This document shows positions 36,196-49,236 of a stretch of DNA of 64,000 nt, in pieces. Under the pieces are notes generated by a model that was not told where the DNA came from, ran no database searches, and worked only from the letters and a program-made list of their open reading frames with translations. The stretch is from Malacoraja senta. Taxonomy: Eukaryota. Numbering within the stretch: the stretch's first letter is position 1; every line of letters begins with the position of its first letter. Made by a program: the position numbers and the translations under genes. The DNA is taken from positions 7,070,001 to 7,134,000 of the forward strand of contig CM075997.1 of assembly GCA_038087875.1 (NCBI GenBank). The letters run 5' to 3'.

Positions 36196-37642
36196 AATAG
36201 ATAGTAGCTCAGGACCGCACTCTAGTTGTCGGGAGCATGATTATGAAATAAGATTTGACGTTGAAAAACAAACAGCAGGTCACAATTGATTTTCTCAGCA
36301 ACGGTCTCTGTTCCCAACGACTCACTGGATCCCACAACCCAACCTACTAGCCTCTCAACAAAGCTCTCTCTTGCCCATATCCCTCATGGTCCTTTGAAGA
36401 CGTTCTCATCCTATCTTTTAATTACACGAATGCACACTATTACCTCATTCAATCTATTCCACACCTTTAGTTTAGTTTAGTTTAGTTTAGAGATATAGTG
36501 CGGAAACAGGCCCTTCGACCCACCGGGTCCGCGCCGACCGGCGATCCCCGCACATTAACACTATCCTACACACACTAGGGACATTAAAAAAAAAAAACAT
36601 TCACCAAGCCAATTAACCTCCAAACTTTGCAGTGTGGGAGGAAACCGAAGATCTCGGAGAAAACCCACGCAGGTCACGGGGAGAACGTACAAACTCCGTG
36701 CAGACAGCACCCGTAGTCGGGATCGAACCCGGGACTCAGGTGCTGCATTCGCTGTAAGGCAGCAACTCCACCGCTGCGCCACTGTGACCAGCCTAAATCC
36801 TGGTTACTTATCTTCCCAAATCTTCCTAAATATGTACACTTCCTCATCTTGTTTCCTGAGATTCATATTCGCTGTATTTAAGGTCAAGGTCATTATAAGC
36901 TGTAAAAATCTGACAATATCAGGTCAAGGTCAAGTTAAATTCAAGTCATAAATTCAATTCCAGTAGGGAAACAGGCCTTTCAGCCCAACTGCTCCATGCT
37001 GACCCAAGATGCCCCATCTAAACTAATCCCATTTATCCACTATAGACACAAAATGCTGGAGTAACTCAGAGGGTCAGGCAGCATCTGTGGAGAAAAGGAA
37101 TAGGTGACGTTTCAGACTGTGAGTCAGGGGAGAGGGAAACTAGGGGTATGCAGTGGTTTAATTTAGTTTATTGTCACGTTCACCGAGGTAGGGTGAAAAT
37201 GTTTTGATGCGTGCTAACCATTCAACGGAAAGACAATACATGATTACAATCGAGCCGCTCGCAACGTACGGATACATGATAAGGGAATAACATTTGGTGC
37301 AAGGTAAACCAAGGTTCAGAACCAATCGGAGCCGGCACCAATGACCAGGATGGAGCCCACAATGGTCCATTGTTGGTTGTGGAAGTGGTGATAAGGAATG
37401 GATATTTGGATGCAAACGTATTTCGCTTATCTATTAGCGGCGGCAGCAGGGGGAGGGGCTCGGGAGGCCCCGACCACGAGTGAACAACAGAGGAAGATGA
37501 CTGAACTTTAGTGCCTTCCCTCACAGTGGGCAGCTTTGACTCCGCTGTGTGGGGATGTTTGTGTTAAAGACTATCGTGTTCTGTGCTCTTTTTTTTAAAT
37601 TCGCATGGCTGTATGGTGACCACAAATTTCACTGTACCAATT

Positions 37643-38462
37643 CTCTCTCTCTTCCGTCCGGAAGTGGCGGTGCTGCCCTGCAGCTGCGGCTCGCCTGCAG
37701 TCCGTCTGTCTTTTCTTTTTCTTGTTTTCTTTTGTCCTGTTGATTTAGTTTATTTCAGTTTATTTTAGTTGTGTATGTGTGTGTGTGTGGGGGGGGAGAA
37801 ATTCTTCCTTCGGGGGGGGATGCGACCTTTTCTTGTCGTATCCTCCGTCTCCGTCTGCGCTGAGGCCTAATGGCGGAGCTGGCGGCCTCCAACTGGGACC
37901 GGCCTCGAGGCTCCGGAGGCAGAGCCAGGACTCACCATCGCGAAGCTGGCCGACTTCGGGGCTGTGGTGGCGTTGCGGCGGCGACCTGACTTCGGGCCCT
38001 CGGAGGCTTCGGCCGCGGGCCCAGTGGACGACAACGTCGGGAGCTCGCCGGTCCCAGGTTGGTGACCGGTTCTCCGGAGCTCCCGCAACGACAGCATCGT
38101 CCGCTGGACTGGAGGGCGGCAGCTTCGTCCGCTTCGCCGCCCCGGGACGCGGAGTTTGAACCGGCCCGTTCGCGGAGCTCGGATTCAGCCGTGGGACTTG
38201 CTTACCATCACCCGGCGGGGTCACAACATCGGAAGCCTGGATCGCCTCAACGCAGAGGGAGAACAAGGAGGGAAGAGACAAGGACTTTAAGACTTTTGCC
38301 TTCCATCACAGTGAGGAGGTGCCTGGTAGACTCACTGTGGTGGATGTTAAACTGTGTTAAGTGTGTGTATTGTTATTTTATTCTATGTTATGACTGCAAG
38401 GTAAGAAATTTTGTTCAGACTGGAAAGTCTGAATGACAATAAAGGACACTTTGACTGACTTT
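37643..38462 (+). mobile_element. GC-rich non-coding retroposon with LINE-type tail
   Basis: Shares gacttttgccttccatcacagtgaggaggtg and gaatgacaataaagg with 45268-46030 (-); nested in the tail of a related element. Confidence 0.6.
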
Positions 38463-41360
38463 GGTGAACGTGACAATAAATGTCCCTTGTCTTGTCTTGT
38501 CTTGTCTTGTCTATTATATATATATATCTGTTTATCCATAATCGGCCTAGATCACTCTAAACCTTTCCTACATGAACCTGTCCAAATGTCCTTTTAATGT
38601 TGGTATTGTACCTCCTCAACCCATTCCATACACCTTTGTGTGAAAAATACAAGTCTATCTAACCTCTCCCTTCAGCTCCAATCCAGGTAGCATTCTGGTA
38701 AATCTCCTCTGCACCCTCTCCAAAGCCTCTTGTATCATCTTTCCTGTAATGGGGCGACATGCCAGAACTGAATGGACTTAAGAAGCAGTTAGACAGGTAC
38801 ATGGATAGGACAGGTTTGGAGGGATATGGACCAAGCGCAGGCAGGTGGGACTGGTGCAGCTGGGACATGTTGGCCGGTCTGGACAAGTTGGGCCGAAGGG
38901 CCTGTTTCCACTCTGTCTCTGCCTCAGAGGGCGGTGGAGGCAGATTCTCTGGATGCTTTCAAGAGAGAGCTAGATAGGGCTCTTAAAAATGGTGGGGTCA
39001 GGGGATATGGGGAGAAGGCAGGAACTGGGTACTGATTGGGGATGATCAGCCATGATCACATTAAATGGCGGTGCTGGCTCGAAGGGCCGAATGGCCTACT
39101 CCTGCACCTATTGTGTATTGACTCTGACTATGACTTTATAGACCATTTCTTATTATAGTATTTTAATTAATTTAAATTAAGTAGAAAATGCAGAATGTCA
39201 ATAGTTCTAACCTCCCCTTCAGGGTCAATTGATTATTCATTGAGAGTTCAGGGTGAACCTCCATAACATTAATAAATTGCATTTATATATAATGTTATAA
39301 ATGATCTCAGGCCATTTTATACGTGCTATTGAATACAGTTGATACTGAACCACATGTAATGATAGGAAGGAACTGCAGATGCTAGTTTAAACCAAACACA
39401 GACACAAAATGCTGGAGTAATTCAGCGGGATAGGCAGCATCTCTGGAGAGAAGGAGTGGGTGAGGTTTCGGGTTGAGACCCTTCTTCAGACGTGTGCCTA
39501 CCACATGTAATGGTAGTTCAGCTACACTCACTAGTTGCCTTTTCTAAGATACCTTGTGCTATGGTAATGGGAATGTTATAAAGACAATTTAGAGTTTAGT
39601 CGTAGTTTAGGTATAGCATGGAAACAGGCCCTTCAGCCCACCGAGTCCGCACCAACCAGCGATCACCCCAAACACTAGTACTATCCTACACACTAGGGAC
39701 AAATTTGCAATTTACCAAACCTAATTAACCTACAAATCCGCACGTCTTTGGGATGTGTGAGGAAACTGGAGCACCCGGAGAAAACCCACGTGGTCACAGG
39801 GAGAACGTACAAACTCAGGCCGGTGGGACTAGTTTAGATGGGGCATGTTGGTCGACATGGGCAAGTTGGGCTGAAGGGCCCTGTTTCCATGCTGGATTAC
39901 TCCATGACTATGGAAAGTTGGTTAAGGTGTCCATTTAAGAGCAGTTCATTTTCATTAGTCTTTAAAACATACTGTGAGAAATTAATGCTTAAAGAAAAAA
40001 TTATATGCCTTTAAAAAAAAAAGGTAGGTAGACACAAAAAGCTGGAGTAACTCAGCGGGACAGGCAGCATCTCTGGAGAGAAGGGATAGGTGACGTTTCA
40101 GGTCAAGCTTTTTGGGCACTGTGGCGCAGCGGTAGAGTTACTGACTTACAGCGCCCGAGACCCCGGTTCGATCCCGACCACGGGTACTGTCTGTACGTTC
40201 TCCCCGTGACCGTGTGGGTTTTCTCCGAGATCTTTGGTTTCCTCCCACACTCCAAAAACATGCAGGCTTGTAGGTTAATTGGCTTGGTGTAATGAATTGA
40301 TCACATTGAATGGGCGATCACACTCAAAGGGCCGAATGGCCTACTCCTGCACCTATTGTCTATTGTAATTGTAAAATTGTCCCCAGTGTGTGTAGGATAG
40401 TGTTATGGGGAGAACGTAGGCACGGGTTATTGATTGGTCAGCCATGATCACAATGAATGGTGGTGCTGGCTCGAAGGGCTGAATGGCCTCCTCCTGCACC
40501 TATTTTGAATGTTTAGGTTTCTAAGACCCTTCTTCAGACAGTCAAGGGAAAGGGAAACAAGAGATATCCACGATGTAGAGAGATATGGAACAAATGAATG
40601 AAAGATTTCTTGATTAGTACGGGTGGAAGGGGTTATGGGGAGAAGGCAGGAGAATGGGGTTAGGAGGGAGAGATAGATCAGCCATGATTGAATGACGGAG
40701 TAGACGATGGGCTGAATGGCCTAATTCTGTTCTTATCCCCTATAAACTTAAATGCAAGAAAGTACCAATGTGTTTCTTATTTTCTTTTTGTGCTTTTGTA
40801 CTTGAATTCTGTCCTTGATTTGTGTACTGTGGTGTTTTTATATTTAATTGACGTGTTATGTGTTTTGTGTTATGTGTTTTGTATTTCTGTGATTCTATGC
40901 CTTGTAAGGTGTCCTTGGGTTTTAGAAAGGCACCAGTAAATAAAATGAATTATTATTATTATAATGATAAAGGAAACAGTCCATTGTTAGCTGTGGGCGA
41001 GGAGCAAATGAGTTGTATAAAATGTATCTCTTGGCCAGGTAAGTGGATAGGAAAGGCTGAGAGAGGTATGGGCAAATGGGATCATCTTAGTGGGGCATCT
41101 GGGCCAGCATGGGCGAGTTGGGCCGAAGGGTCTGTTTCCATGCTGTTTGACGTTATGGACATGTATAAATAAAACAAATAGATAGGCAGCCATCATTTCC
41201 CAGCAGTTTGGCACAAATATCACTCTTGAAAATTCACAGTAGTTTTCGTTCCAGATTTTTAGTTGTAGAACGTTCCAATTTTAGCCAAACCTTGAGGCCA
41301 GAAATTGGACCCGGCCAGCCATACCTGCCTTCAAGCTGTGAAATGGCCACTAAGTCCAAG

Positions 41361-41401
41361 TCCAATTGGAGGCGTGGGTTCGAATCCCACTTCTGACACC
41401 A
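41361..41401 (+). pseudogene. 3' 41 nt of mature tRNA-Leu (CAA-type) including CCA; an extended PBS on the minus strand
   Basis: tccaattggaggcgtgggttcgaatcccacttctgacaCCA. Confidence 0.88.
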
Positions 41402-41611
41402 TGTAAAGACTTGTCAAACACGTAATGTCTTCACTCTTAGTTTATTGCATACATTGTAGTCGTACACACACATATTGCCCTAGCTGTTCGTGGTCCATTA
41501 CCGGAGCTAGAGAGCGAGCTGGAGGTGGGAAGGTTACAATTATACTGAAGATAATGGGGAGTGGTTAGTAGTGGTGAGGTCATTATGTTAAAGTACATGC
41601 ACTGATCTACA
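41402..41611 (-). mobile_element. 210-bp LTR (Gypsy-like, tRNA-Leu primed)
   Basis: Minus strand reads TGTAGA...TTTACA with AATAAA near the 3' end, immediately followed by TGGTGTCAGAAGTGGGAT. Confidence 0.72.
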
Positions 41612-42004
41612 GGCATGTTATCATCAAACTTTGGTGATGAGTCTGTGGAATCCATTTCCGCAGAGGGCTGTGGAGGCCAAGTCAATGGATATTTCTAAGG
41701 CAGAGATAGATAGATTGTTGATTAGTACAGATGTCAAGGGCTTATGGGGAGAAGGCAGGAGAATGGGGTTGAAAGGGAGAGACAGATCAGCCGTGATCTT
41801 CTGGAGAAGATGTAACATTTTTCAGACAAGTCTGAGGAAGGGTCTCGACCCGAAACGTCACCCATTACCTCTCTCCAGAGATGCTGCCTGAGTTACTCCA
41901 ACATTTTGCGTCCATCCTATGTTTACATATTTATTGTGCTGCTGAAGTAAGAACTTCATTTTTCCACTTCGGGACATATGACAATAAAACATTCTTGACT
42001 CTAG

Positions 42005-42087
42005 ATCTGTCTATCTCTCTGTCTGTCTATCGATCTATCTCTCTCGCTCTCTCTTTCTATCTTTCTATCTTTCTATCTTTCTATCTT

Positions 42088-42164
<77 letters not shown>

Positions 42165-42211
42165 GTATCTCTCTCTTTCTCTCTCTCTCTCACTCTCTCT
42201 CTCTTTCTATC

Positions 42212-42242
<31 letters not shown>

Positions 42243-42249
42243 CTATCTA

Positions 42250-42307
<58 letters not shown>

Positions 42308-42313
42308 TCTTTC

Positions 42314-42379
<66 letters not shown>

Positions 42380-42380
42380 C

Positions 42381-42460
<80 letters not shown>

Positions 42461-42530
42461 GTCTATCTGTCTGTCTATCTGTCTATCCGTCTATCCGTCT
42501 ATCCGTCTATCCGTCTATCCGTCTATCTAT
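42005..42530. repeat. Compound (TCTA)n/(TC)n microsatellite
   Basis: Direct inspection. Confidence 0.97.
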
Positions 42531-42959
42531 CCCTCCCTGAAACATCACCCATTCTTCTCTCCAGAGATGCTGTCTGTCCCGCTGAGTTACTCCAGCATTT
42601 CTGTTTAAACCAGCATCTGCAGTTACATCCTACTCAATATTCATACCCTGTGTAGTTGGATGTGGACATTTCTAAAGCACTCACGGAGGATGTTTCAGTC
42701 TGGGACTCTGCAGAGGCAGGCACTTGGCAGCACGGATGGAAATGAAGGCCTGGAGTATAGAGGCTGCTGACAGCAGCAGCACCTCCCCAGGAATCTCACA
42801 AACCATTCAACATTCTGTCCGCATGCGATCACTCGTGCTTCACACAGATATTTTTAAGCAGTCAAGTAAAAGTATTTTCTCTATGCTCACGTTACACAAG
42901 TGCAGATGTTGCCTGCTATAGATTCCTTGGTACAATCGGTGTGGTAGATGCATGCACGT

Positions 42960-43720
42960 TGGTGTGGGTGTGTGCATGGCTGTGTATGTGTGTGTGTGTG
43001 TGTGTGTGTGTTTGTGTGAATTTGTGTATGTGTGCGCTTGTGCGTGTCGGTGTGTTTGTGTACATTTGTGTGTGCGTGTTTATGCGTGTGTGTGCCTGTG
43101 TGTTTGTGTGTGTTGTGTGTGTTTGAGTGTGTTTGTGTACATTTGTGTGTGCGTGTTTATGCGTGTGTGTTTGTACGTGTGTGTTTGTGCATGTGTGTTT
43201 GTGCGTGTGCTTGTGCGTGTGTGTTTGTGCGTGTGTTTGTGCGTGTACATGTGTGTTTGTGCGTGTGCGTGTGTGTGTGCGTGTGTTTGTGCGTGTAGTG
43301 TGTGTTTGTGCGTGTGCGTGTGTGTTTGTGCATGTGTTTGTGCGTATACGTGTGTGTTTGTGCATGTGCGTGTGTGTGTGTGCGTGTGTTTGCGTGTACG
43401 TGTGTGTTTGTGCGCGTGCGTGTGTGTTTGTGCGTGTGTTTGTGCGTGTACGTGTGTGTTTGTGCATGTGCGTTGGTGTGTGTGCGTGTGTTTGTGCGTG
43501 TACGTGTGTGTTTGTGCGTGTGCGTGTGTTTGTGCGTGTGCGTGTGTGTTTTATTTTGTGTGCATGTGTGTGTCTGTGTTTATGTGTGTTGTACATGTTT
43601 GTGTGTGCGTGTGTGTTTGTGTGTGTGTGTTTGTGCGTGTGCGTGTGTGTTTGTGTGCATGTGTGTGTCTGTGTGTGTTGTACGTTTGTGTTTGTGTGTG
43701 TGCGCAAGTTTGTATGCGGT
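42960..43720. repeat. Degenerate (GT)n-rich compound microsatellite
   Basis: Direct inspection; source of the spurious CV/HT ORFs. Confidence 0.97.
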
Positions 43721-45096
43721 ATGCGGTACCCACGGACGCCTGCGTTGCTACCATGCTGCGTTTGTCTATTTGCGTGTGGTGTTGAGGATACCATCCTTAC
43801 GCAATGCACCTCGATCCGTTTCTGAGATTCATGGACAATCACTCATGAGAATTTCTCTCAGCTGCAGGCTGAACATGCAGCGGCAGCACAGAACTGCAAG
43901 TCGTAATGCTAAGCACACGTCCATTTCATCTGCAATATTGCCTCATTACAACTGAAAATAACATTAAATTTTAAAGGCTTGTTTTGCAGAGTAAGCACAT
44001 TGTTGTTAATACTGCCCTCAGCAGCAGAGGTGCCAGGGGGACTACTGATGAATGTAACAGCTCATGACAGGGAATTTCCCACGAGTAAATGGTTGCAACT
44101 CTTTCATCCAAAGACATTGCCAGCAAACCAGAGAGCGCTATGATGTTGTCCAAACGCCAAGTGCTGACATTTCTGGTTCCATGTTTTTTGCTGTCAGCTG
44201 ATAAAAAAAAAACAAGTGGTTCATTTATCCGCTGTTTAAGATTGCACGATGTTTAGTTTTGTAGTTTTTAGTTTAGACATACAGCGCTGTAACAGGCCCC
44301 ACCGAGTCCCCCCACACTAAGACTATCCTACACACACTGGGGAAAAGTTACACTTAACCTCCAAAGCCAATTAACCTCCAAACCTGCACGTCTTTGGAGT
44401 GTGGGAGGAAACCGGAGCACCCGGAGAAAAGCCACGCAGGTCACGGGGAGAACGTACAAACTCCGTACAGACAGCCCCCGTAGTCGGGAGCGAACCCGGG
44501 ACTCTGGCGCTGTAAGCGCTGTCAGGCAGCAACTCTACCGCTGCACCATGTGGGATGTGGGGGCAGTTTTATATTTGGTAAGATGTTTTGTAAAGAAAGT
44601 TGGTCAGTTTGAGATCTTGTAAGCAGAACCATTTAGCTTGCCTTGTTCCTGCATTTTTTTAAAAAATCTCATTTGTTCCCACCTCTCTTTTCTTCTCTCG
44701 TTCCTTCTCCCATTCCTCCTCTCGTTCTTTCTCTTCATAAGTTCATACGTTATCAGAGCAGAATTAGGCCATTCGGCCCATCCAATTACTCCACCATTCA
44801 ATCATGGCCGATCTATCTCTTCCTCTCAACCCCATTCTCCTGCCTTCTCCCCATAGCCCCCGACACCCGCACTAATCAAGAATCTGTCAACCTCCACCTT
44901 AAAAATAACCATGGACTTGCAGTGTGGATGTGCCGGGAACCTGGTTGTGGGCTTGGTCCTCCAAAGGCCTATCTGCACCAATGAATAAGTCAAGTAACTC
45001 AGCGGGACAGGCAGCATCTCTGGAGTGAAGGAATGGGTGATGTTTCGGGTCGAGACTCTTCATCAGACTGAAAGTCACAGGAAAGGGAAACGAGCG

Positions 45097-46323
45097 TGTA
45101 GTAGCCATTCAGCTTAACTCAGTATATTATAATTATATCCAGTTACCTTTAATTTTATTTGCCTGTAATTATGTGGGTGGGATTTATACGTAGTCTGGGG
45201 CGTGTTCGTGGCTAGGAAACTGGCGCAGACTCCTAGATAGTTTTTTAGTTTAGTTCGGTGAAGACCAGAATTAGAATTAGAATGCCTTTATTGTCATTCA
45301 AACAAACATAGGTTTGAACGAAATTTCCGTTCCCTGCGGCCATAACAGCAAAAAAACAACCAAAACACACAATTAACACAATTCCACACAAACATCCATC
45401 ACAGTGAATCTCCAAACACCTCCTCACTGTGATGGAAGGCAAAAGTCTTATCTCTTCCCTGTTCTTCTCCCGCGGTCCAGCAGTCCAACTGCTGTGTCGA
45501 GGCTCTTGATGTTAAAGCCCCCCGGCGGGAGATGGTAAGTCCCGCAGTTGATTAAGCCGTCCGGGCGGTGTAAGGCCCTGCGCCGGGCCGATTCAAACGC
45601 CGCGATTCGGGGGCGGGCGAAGTTTCCGTTGCGGGAGCTCCCGAAAATCGGTCTCCTACCAGGGACCTGCGAGCTCCCGATTTTACCGTCCACAGGACCC
45701 GCGGCCGAAGCCTCCAAAGTCGGGTCGCAGCTGCAGCGCCACCACAGCCTCCGAAGTCAGCCAGCTCCGCGATGGTAAGTAAGTCCGCAGGCTCTACGAC
45801 TGGAGCCCTCAGGTCGACTCCAGTTGGAGGACGCCGGCTCCACGACGTTAGGTCCCAACGACAACGGAGACACGACAAGGAAAAGGGTTCAAGGAAGAGA
45901 TTTTAAAACGTTTCCCCCACCCCCCATCCACCCCCCCCCCCCACATAAATATAAAACTAAAAATATACCAAAAACATACTCCTAACAAGACAAAAAAATA
46001 AGAAGAAAGACAGACAGACACACCACCAGAAACACTGGAAAAGACTCGGGGGAAGATATAATTTGCTTCACGACATGATTGAAACGTATATATTGCTGGA
46101 AGACTATGTACTTATACAAGAAGACGTTTTTATGAGTGATTTTATTGTTTTGTACTACTACAATAAAGAAACTGATAATCAAGAGAGTGTTTTTGGAATA
46201 TTCATCTTTCGACGGCTTTGAATGTGGAGAGCTCGTGGAATGCGTAACCTTCTGAAACATAGTCAGCATATTAGTGACTATCGAGGACTAAAACCTTGAG
46301 ACGTCGTAAAGACTGTCACGACA
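45097..46323 (+). mobile_element. Probable solo LTR, interrupted by an insertion at about 45240-46030
   Basis: TGTAGT...ACGACA ends; 5-bp flanks gagcg/gaggg; splits a PLE tail (gggaaacgag|ggatatagacgg); internal AATAAA. Confidence 0.6.
45268..46030 (-). mobile_element. GC-rich non-coding retroposon, same family as 37643-38462
   Basis: Shared 3' region and tail; (attcta)n end. Confidence 0.6.
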
Positions 46324-46674
46324 GAGGGATATAGACGGTGATGTAGAGAGATATAGAACAAATGAATGAAAGATATGCAAAAAAGCTCTTTGTTCTCACC
46401 GAGCAAACAGCTAACAATGGCCTGTTTCCTCTATCATTGTTGCATATCTTTTTTTGCATCTTTCATTCATTTGTTCTATATCTCTCTACATCACCGTCTA
46501 CATCTCTTGTTTCCCTTTCCCCTGCCTATGTCTGAAGAAGGGTCTCGTCCCGAAAGGTCACCTATTCCTTTTCTCCAGAATTGCTGCCTGACCCGCTGAG
46601 TTTCTCCAGCATTTTGAGTCTCGCACTGGTGACTGTTGGTCGATTATTCAGCCCTTCCTTGCTTCATTTTTCTT

Positions 46675-46748
46675 CTATCTATCTATTTGTCTGTCTGTCT
46701 GTCTGTCTGTCTCTGTCTGTCTGTCTGTCTGTCTGTCTGCCTGCCTGC

Positions 46749-46793
<45 letters not shown>

Positions 46794-46815
46794 CATCTAT
46801 ATATCTATCTATCTG

Positions 46816-46849
<34 letters not shown>

Positions 46850-46876
46850 CATCTATCTATCTATCTATCGCTGCTA

Positions 46877-46931
<55 letters not shown>

Positions 46932-46935
46932 GCCT
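46675..46935. repeat. (TCTG)n/(TCTA)n microsatellite
   Basis: Direct inspection. Confidence 0.97.
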
Positions 46936-47191
46936 GCCCATTCCTTCTCTCCAGAGATGCTGCCTGTCCCGCTGAGTTACTCCAGCATCTTTTGTCTATC
47001 TTCGGTTTAAACCAGCATCTGCAGTTCCTTCCTACACAATGGATAAGTCAATGTGATTTCATCACGAGCATGGCTCAATGTAGAAGTACCACTGATGCCG
47101 TATGCAGGGGCTGGGGCAAGTGGACCATCTGATCAGTGTTGAGTTGTGGGTCTTGAGCAGAGGTCTGTGTACACCATGGAGACTCACCTTA

Positions 47192-47826
47192 AGGGCCTGT
47201 CCCACTTGCCGATATTTTCGCCGACTGCCGGCATCATTGACTGACGTATTAGGTCACCGAAAAATTTGCGGGATGATGATGTTTGACGTTTAGAAGGATG
47301 AGAGGGAATCTTATTGAAACATATAAGATTATTAAGGGTTTGGACATGCTAGAGGCAGGAAACATGTTCCCAATGTTGGGGGAGTCCAGAACCAGGGGCC
47401 ACAGTTTAAGAATAAGGAGTAAGCCATTTAGAACGGAGACGAGGAAACACTTTTTCTCACAGAGAGTTGTGAGTCTGTGGAATTCTCTGCCTCAGAGGGC
47501 GGTGGAGGCAGGTTCTCTGGATGCTTTCAAGAGAGAGCTAGATAGGGCTCTTAAAAATAGCGGAGTCAGCGGATATAGGGAGAAGGCAGGAACGGGGTAC
47601 TGATTGGGGATGATCAGCCATGATCACATTGAATGGCGGTGCTGGCTCGAAGGGCCGAATGGCCTACTCCTGCACCTATTGTCTATTGTCTATTGACGTG
47701 CGGTGTTTTTTCAAGTGTCGCAACATTTTTTTTGTCGCCGCTGGATTTTGAAATGTTCAACATCTTTTGGCGACACTGATATGACTCCGGCAGTCGCCGA
47801 AAAAATCGCCAAGTGGGACGGGCCCT
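47192..47826. mobile_element. PIF/Harbinger-type MITE with a nested CR1 3' fragment (about 47290-47693)
   Basis: TIRs with TTA TSD; the CR1 is flanked by a ttgacgt duplication. Confidence 0.85.
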
Positions 47827-48165
47827 TTACATAGTACATAGAACTGAACAACACAGGAGCAAGCTCCTCGACCCACCATGTCTTAGTTCAGTTTAGTTTA
47901 GTTTATTGTCACGTGTACTGAGGTACGGCCAAAAGCTTTTGTTGCGTGCTATCAGACAATACATGATTACAATCGAGCCGGTGGCGTCATGTTAGACTAA
48001 CAGACGTGCACCCAGCTCCTCTCCCGAAAAACTTCACGATTTATCGTGTAAAACGGGTCCGAAAATCGGGATTGTTTTTAAAAACCTTATCGGAGCTTCT
48101 GGTTACCGCGCTGATGACGTCATCGTTAAACGCGATGTTTTAAACGGTGGTTTGAAGCCCTTTAA

Positions 48166-49236
48166 ATGAGTAAATTGACTCCAGCTGTGAGCCCTCAGAG
48201 AGCTGTGAATAAACTGTCGAAACAGTTCGAAACTGAAGTTACCTCTGAAGTCTCTGAAGTGGCTGCAGAAATGGATACAAGATCTAAGAAAGACTTTGAT
48301 GACTTGAAAAAATCAATGAAAAATTTGAAAGATGAGATCTCGGATAATAGGGTGGAAGATAAGAAGGAAATGAAGGAAAATTCGGCAAAAATGATGGAAG
48401 GAATGCAGAAGATGATGAAGGATTTAAATGCTGGTAACCAGAAGAATATGACGGATTTACTGGACACTATGAATAAACGAATTGATGAGGTGAAAGATGG
48501 ACTATCAGAGAAAATGGATAAGATGGATGTAATTACTACGGATAAGTTCACGGCTGTACTTGAAACAGTAGCTGCAAGTATGCAGACAATCACGGAATTG
48601 GAGAAAAATACGGCACGACTTGTTGAAGACATGGCGAAACTGAGGCAAGAACATGAGCAAATGAGGCGAGAAAACGAACAAGCATCACTACAAATGGGGA
48701 CTCAATTAGAGAAAGTCTCATTCAAATGCCTGGACCTGGAAGCTCGTTCTAGACGCCAGAATCTGAGGATTCTTGGTGTTTCAGAGGGGGCAGAAGGGGA
48801 ACAGGTACGTGAATTTGCCATGGGCTTGTTGAAACAACTGTTGAATCTTCCCAAGGAACCGAAAATCGAAGTGGCTCATCGTGTCCCAAGATTTGGAAAA
48901 AGATTTGATGCGGGAAAAGCTTATCCACGACATATTATAGTGAAATTTCGAGATACTGCAGAACTGGAATATGTTATGACCCATATCAAATATGGTGTAC
49001 AATTACGGCTGGACAAAGACACTATTAAGATATTCAGGGACTACCCACATGAAATTGTGCAAAAAAGAAACAAATTTGATAAGGTTAAAGATCTTTTAAG
49101 AGGGAGAGAAGGGGTCAGATTCGGGGTTTTTTATCCCGCTAAAATGCGTATTTCTTTTAATGGTCTTGAAAAGTCATTTGTTAAGCCTGAAGACGCTTTC
49201 AAATATGCCCAAACGATTGTTGAAAGACAGAAATAA
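48166..49236 (+). CDS. L1 ORF1p (coiled coil plus RRM/CTD RNA-binding protein), 356 aa
   Basis: Long heptad region, then DLEARSRRQNLRILGVSEG, IEVAHRV, PRHIIVKF, IFRDY and YPAKMRI. Confidence 0.93.
   Translation: MSKLTPAVSPQRAVNKLSKQFETEVTSEVSEVAAEMDTRSKKDFDDLKKSMKNLKDEISDNRVEDKKEMKENSAKMMEGMQKMMKDLNAGNQKNMTDLLDTMNKRIDEVKDGLSEKMDKMDVITTDKFTAVLETVAASMQTITELEKNTARLVEDMAKLRQEHEQMRRENEQASLQMGTQLEKVSFKCLDLEARSRRQNLRILGVSEGAEGEQVREFAMGLLKQLLNLPKEPKIEVAHRVPRFGKRFDAGKAYPRHIIVKFRDTAELEYVMTHIKYGVQLRLDKDTIKIFRDYPHEIVQKRNKFDKVKDLLRGREGVRFGVFYPAKMRISFNGLEKSFVKPEDAFKYAQTIVERQK

Noticed and set aside
37760..38436. GC-rich ORFs of 125-177 aa (also 54803-55396)
   Set aside because: Expected in high-GC repeats; no domain motifs recognised.
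43801..43862. Possible minus-strand exon (cag...gtaag)
   Set aside because: Stop codons in all three frames.
41881..43955. Long ORFs of 217-308 aa (SIYL, CV and HT repeats)
   Set aside because: Translations of microsatellites.
48195..48632. Antisense 145-aa ORF within L1 ORF1
   Set aside because: Shadow frame of a coiled-coil coding region; non-ATG start and no recognisable motif.
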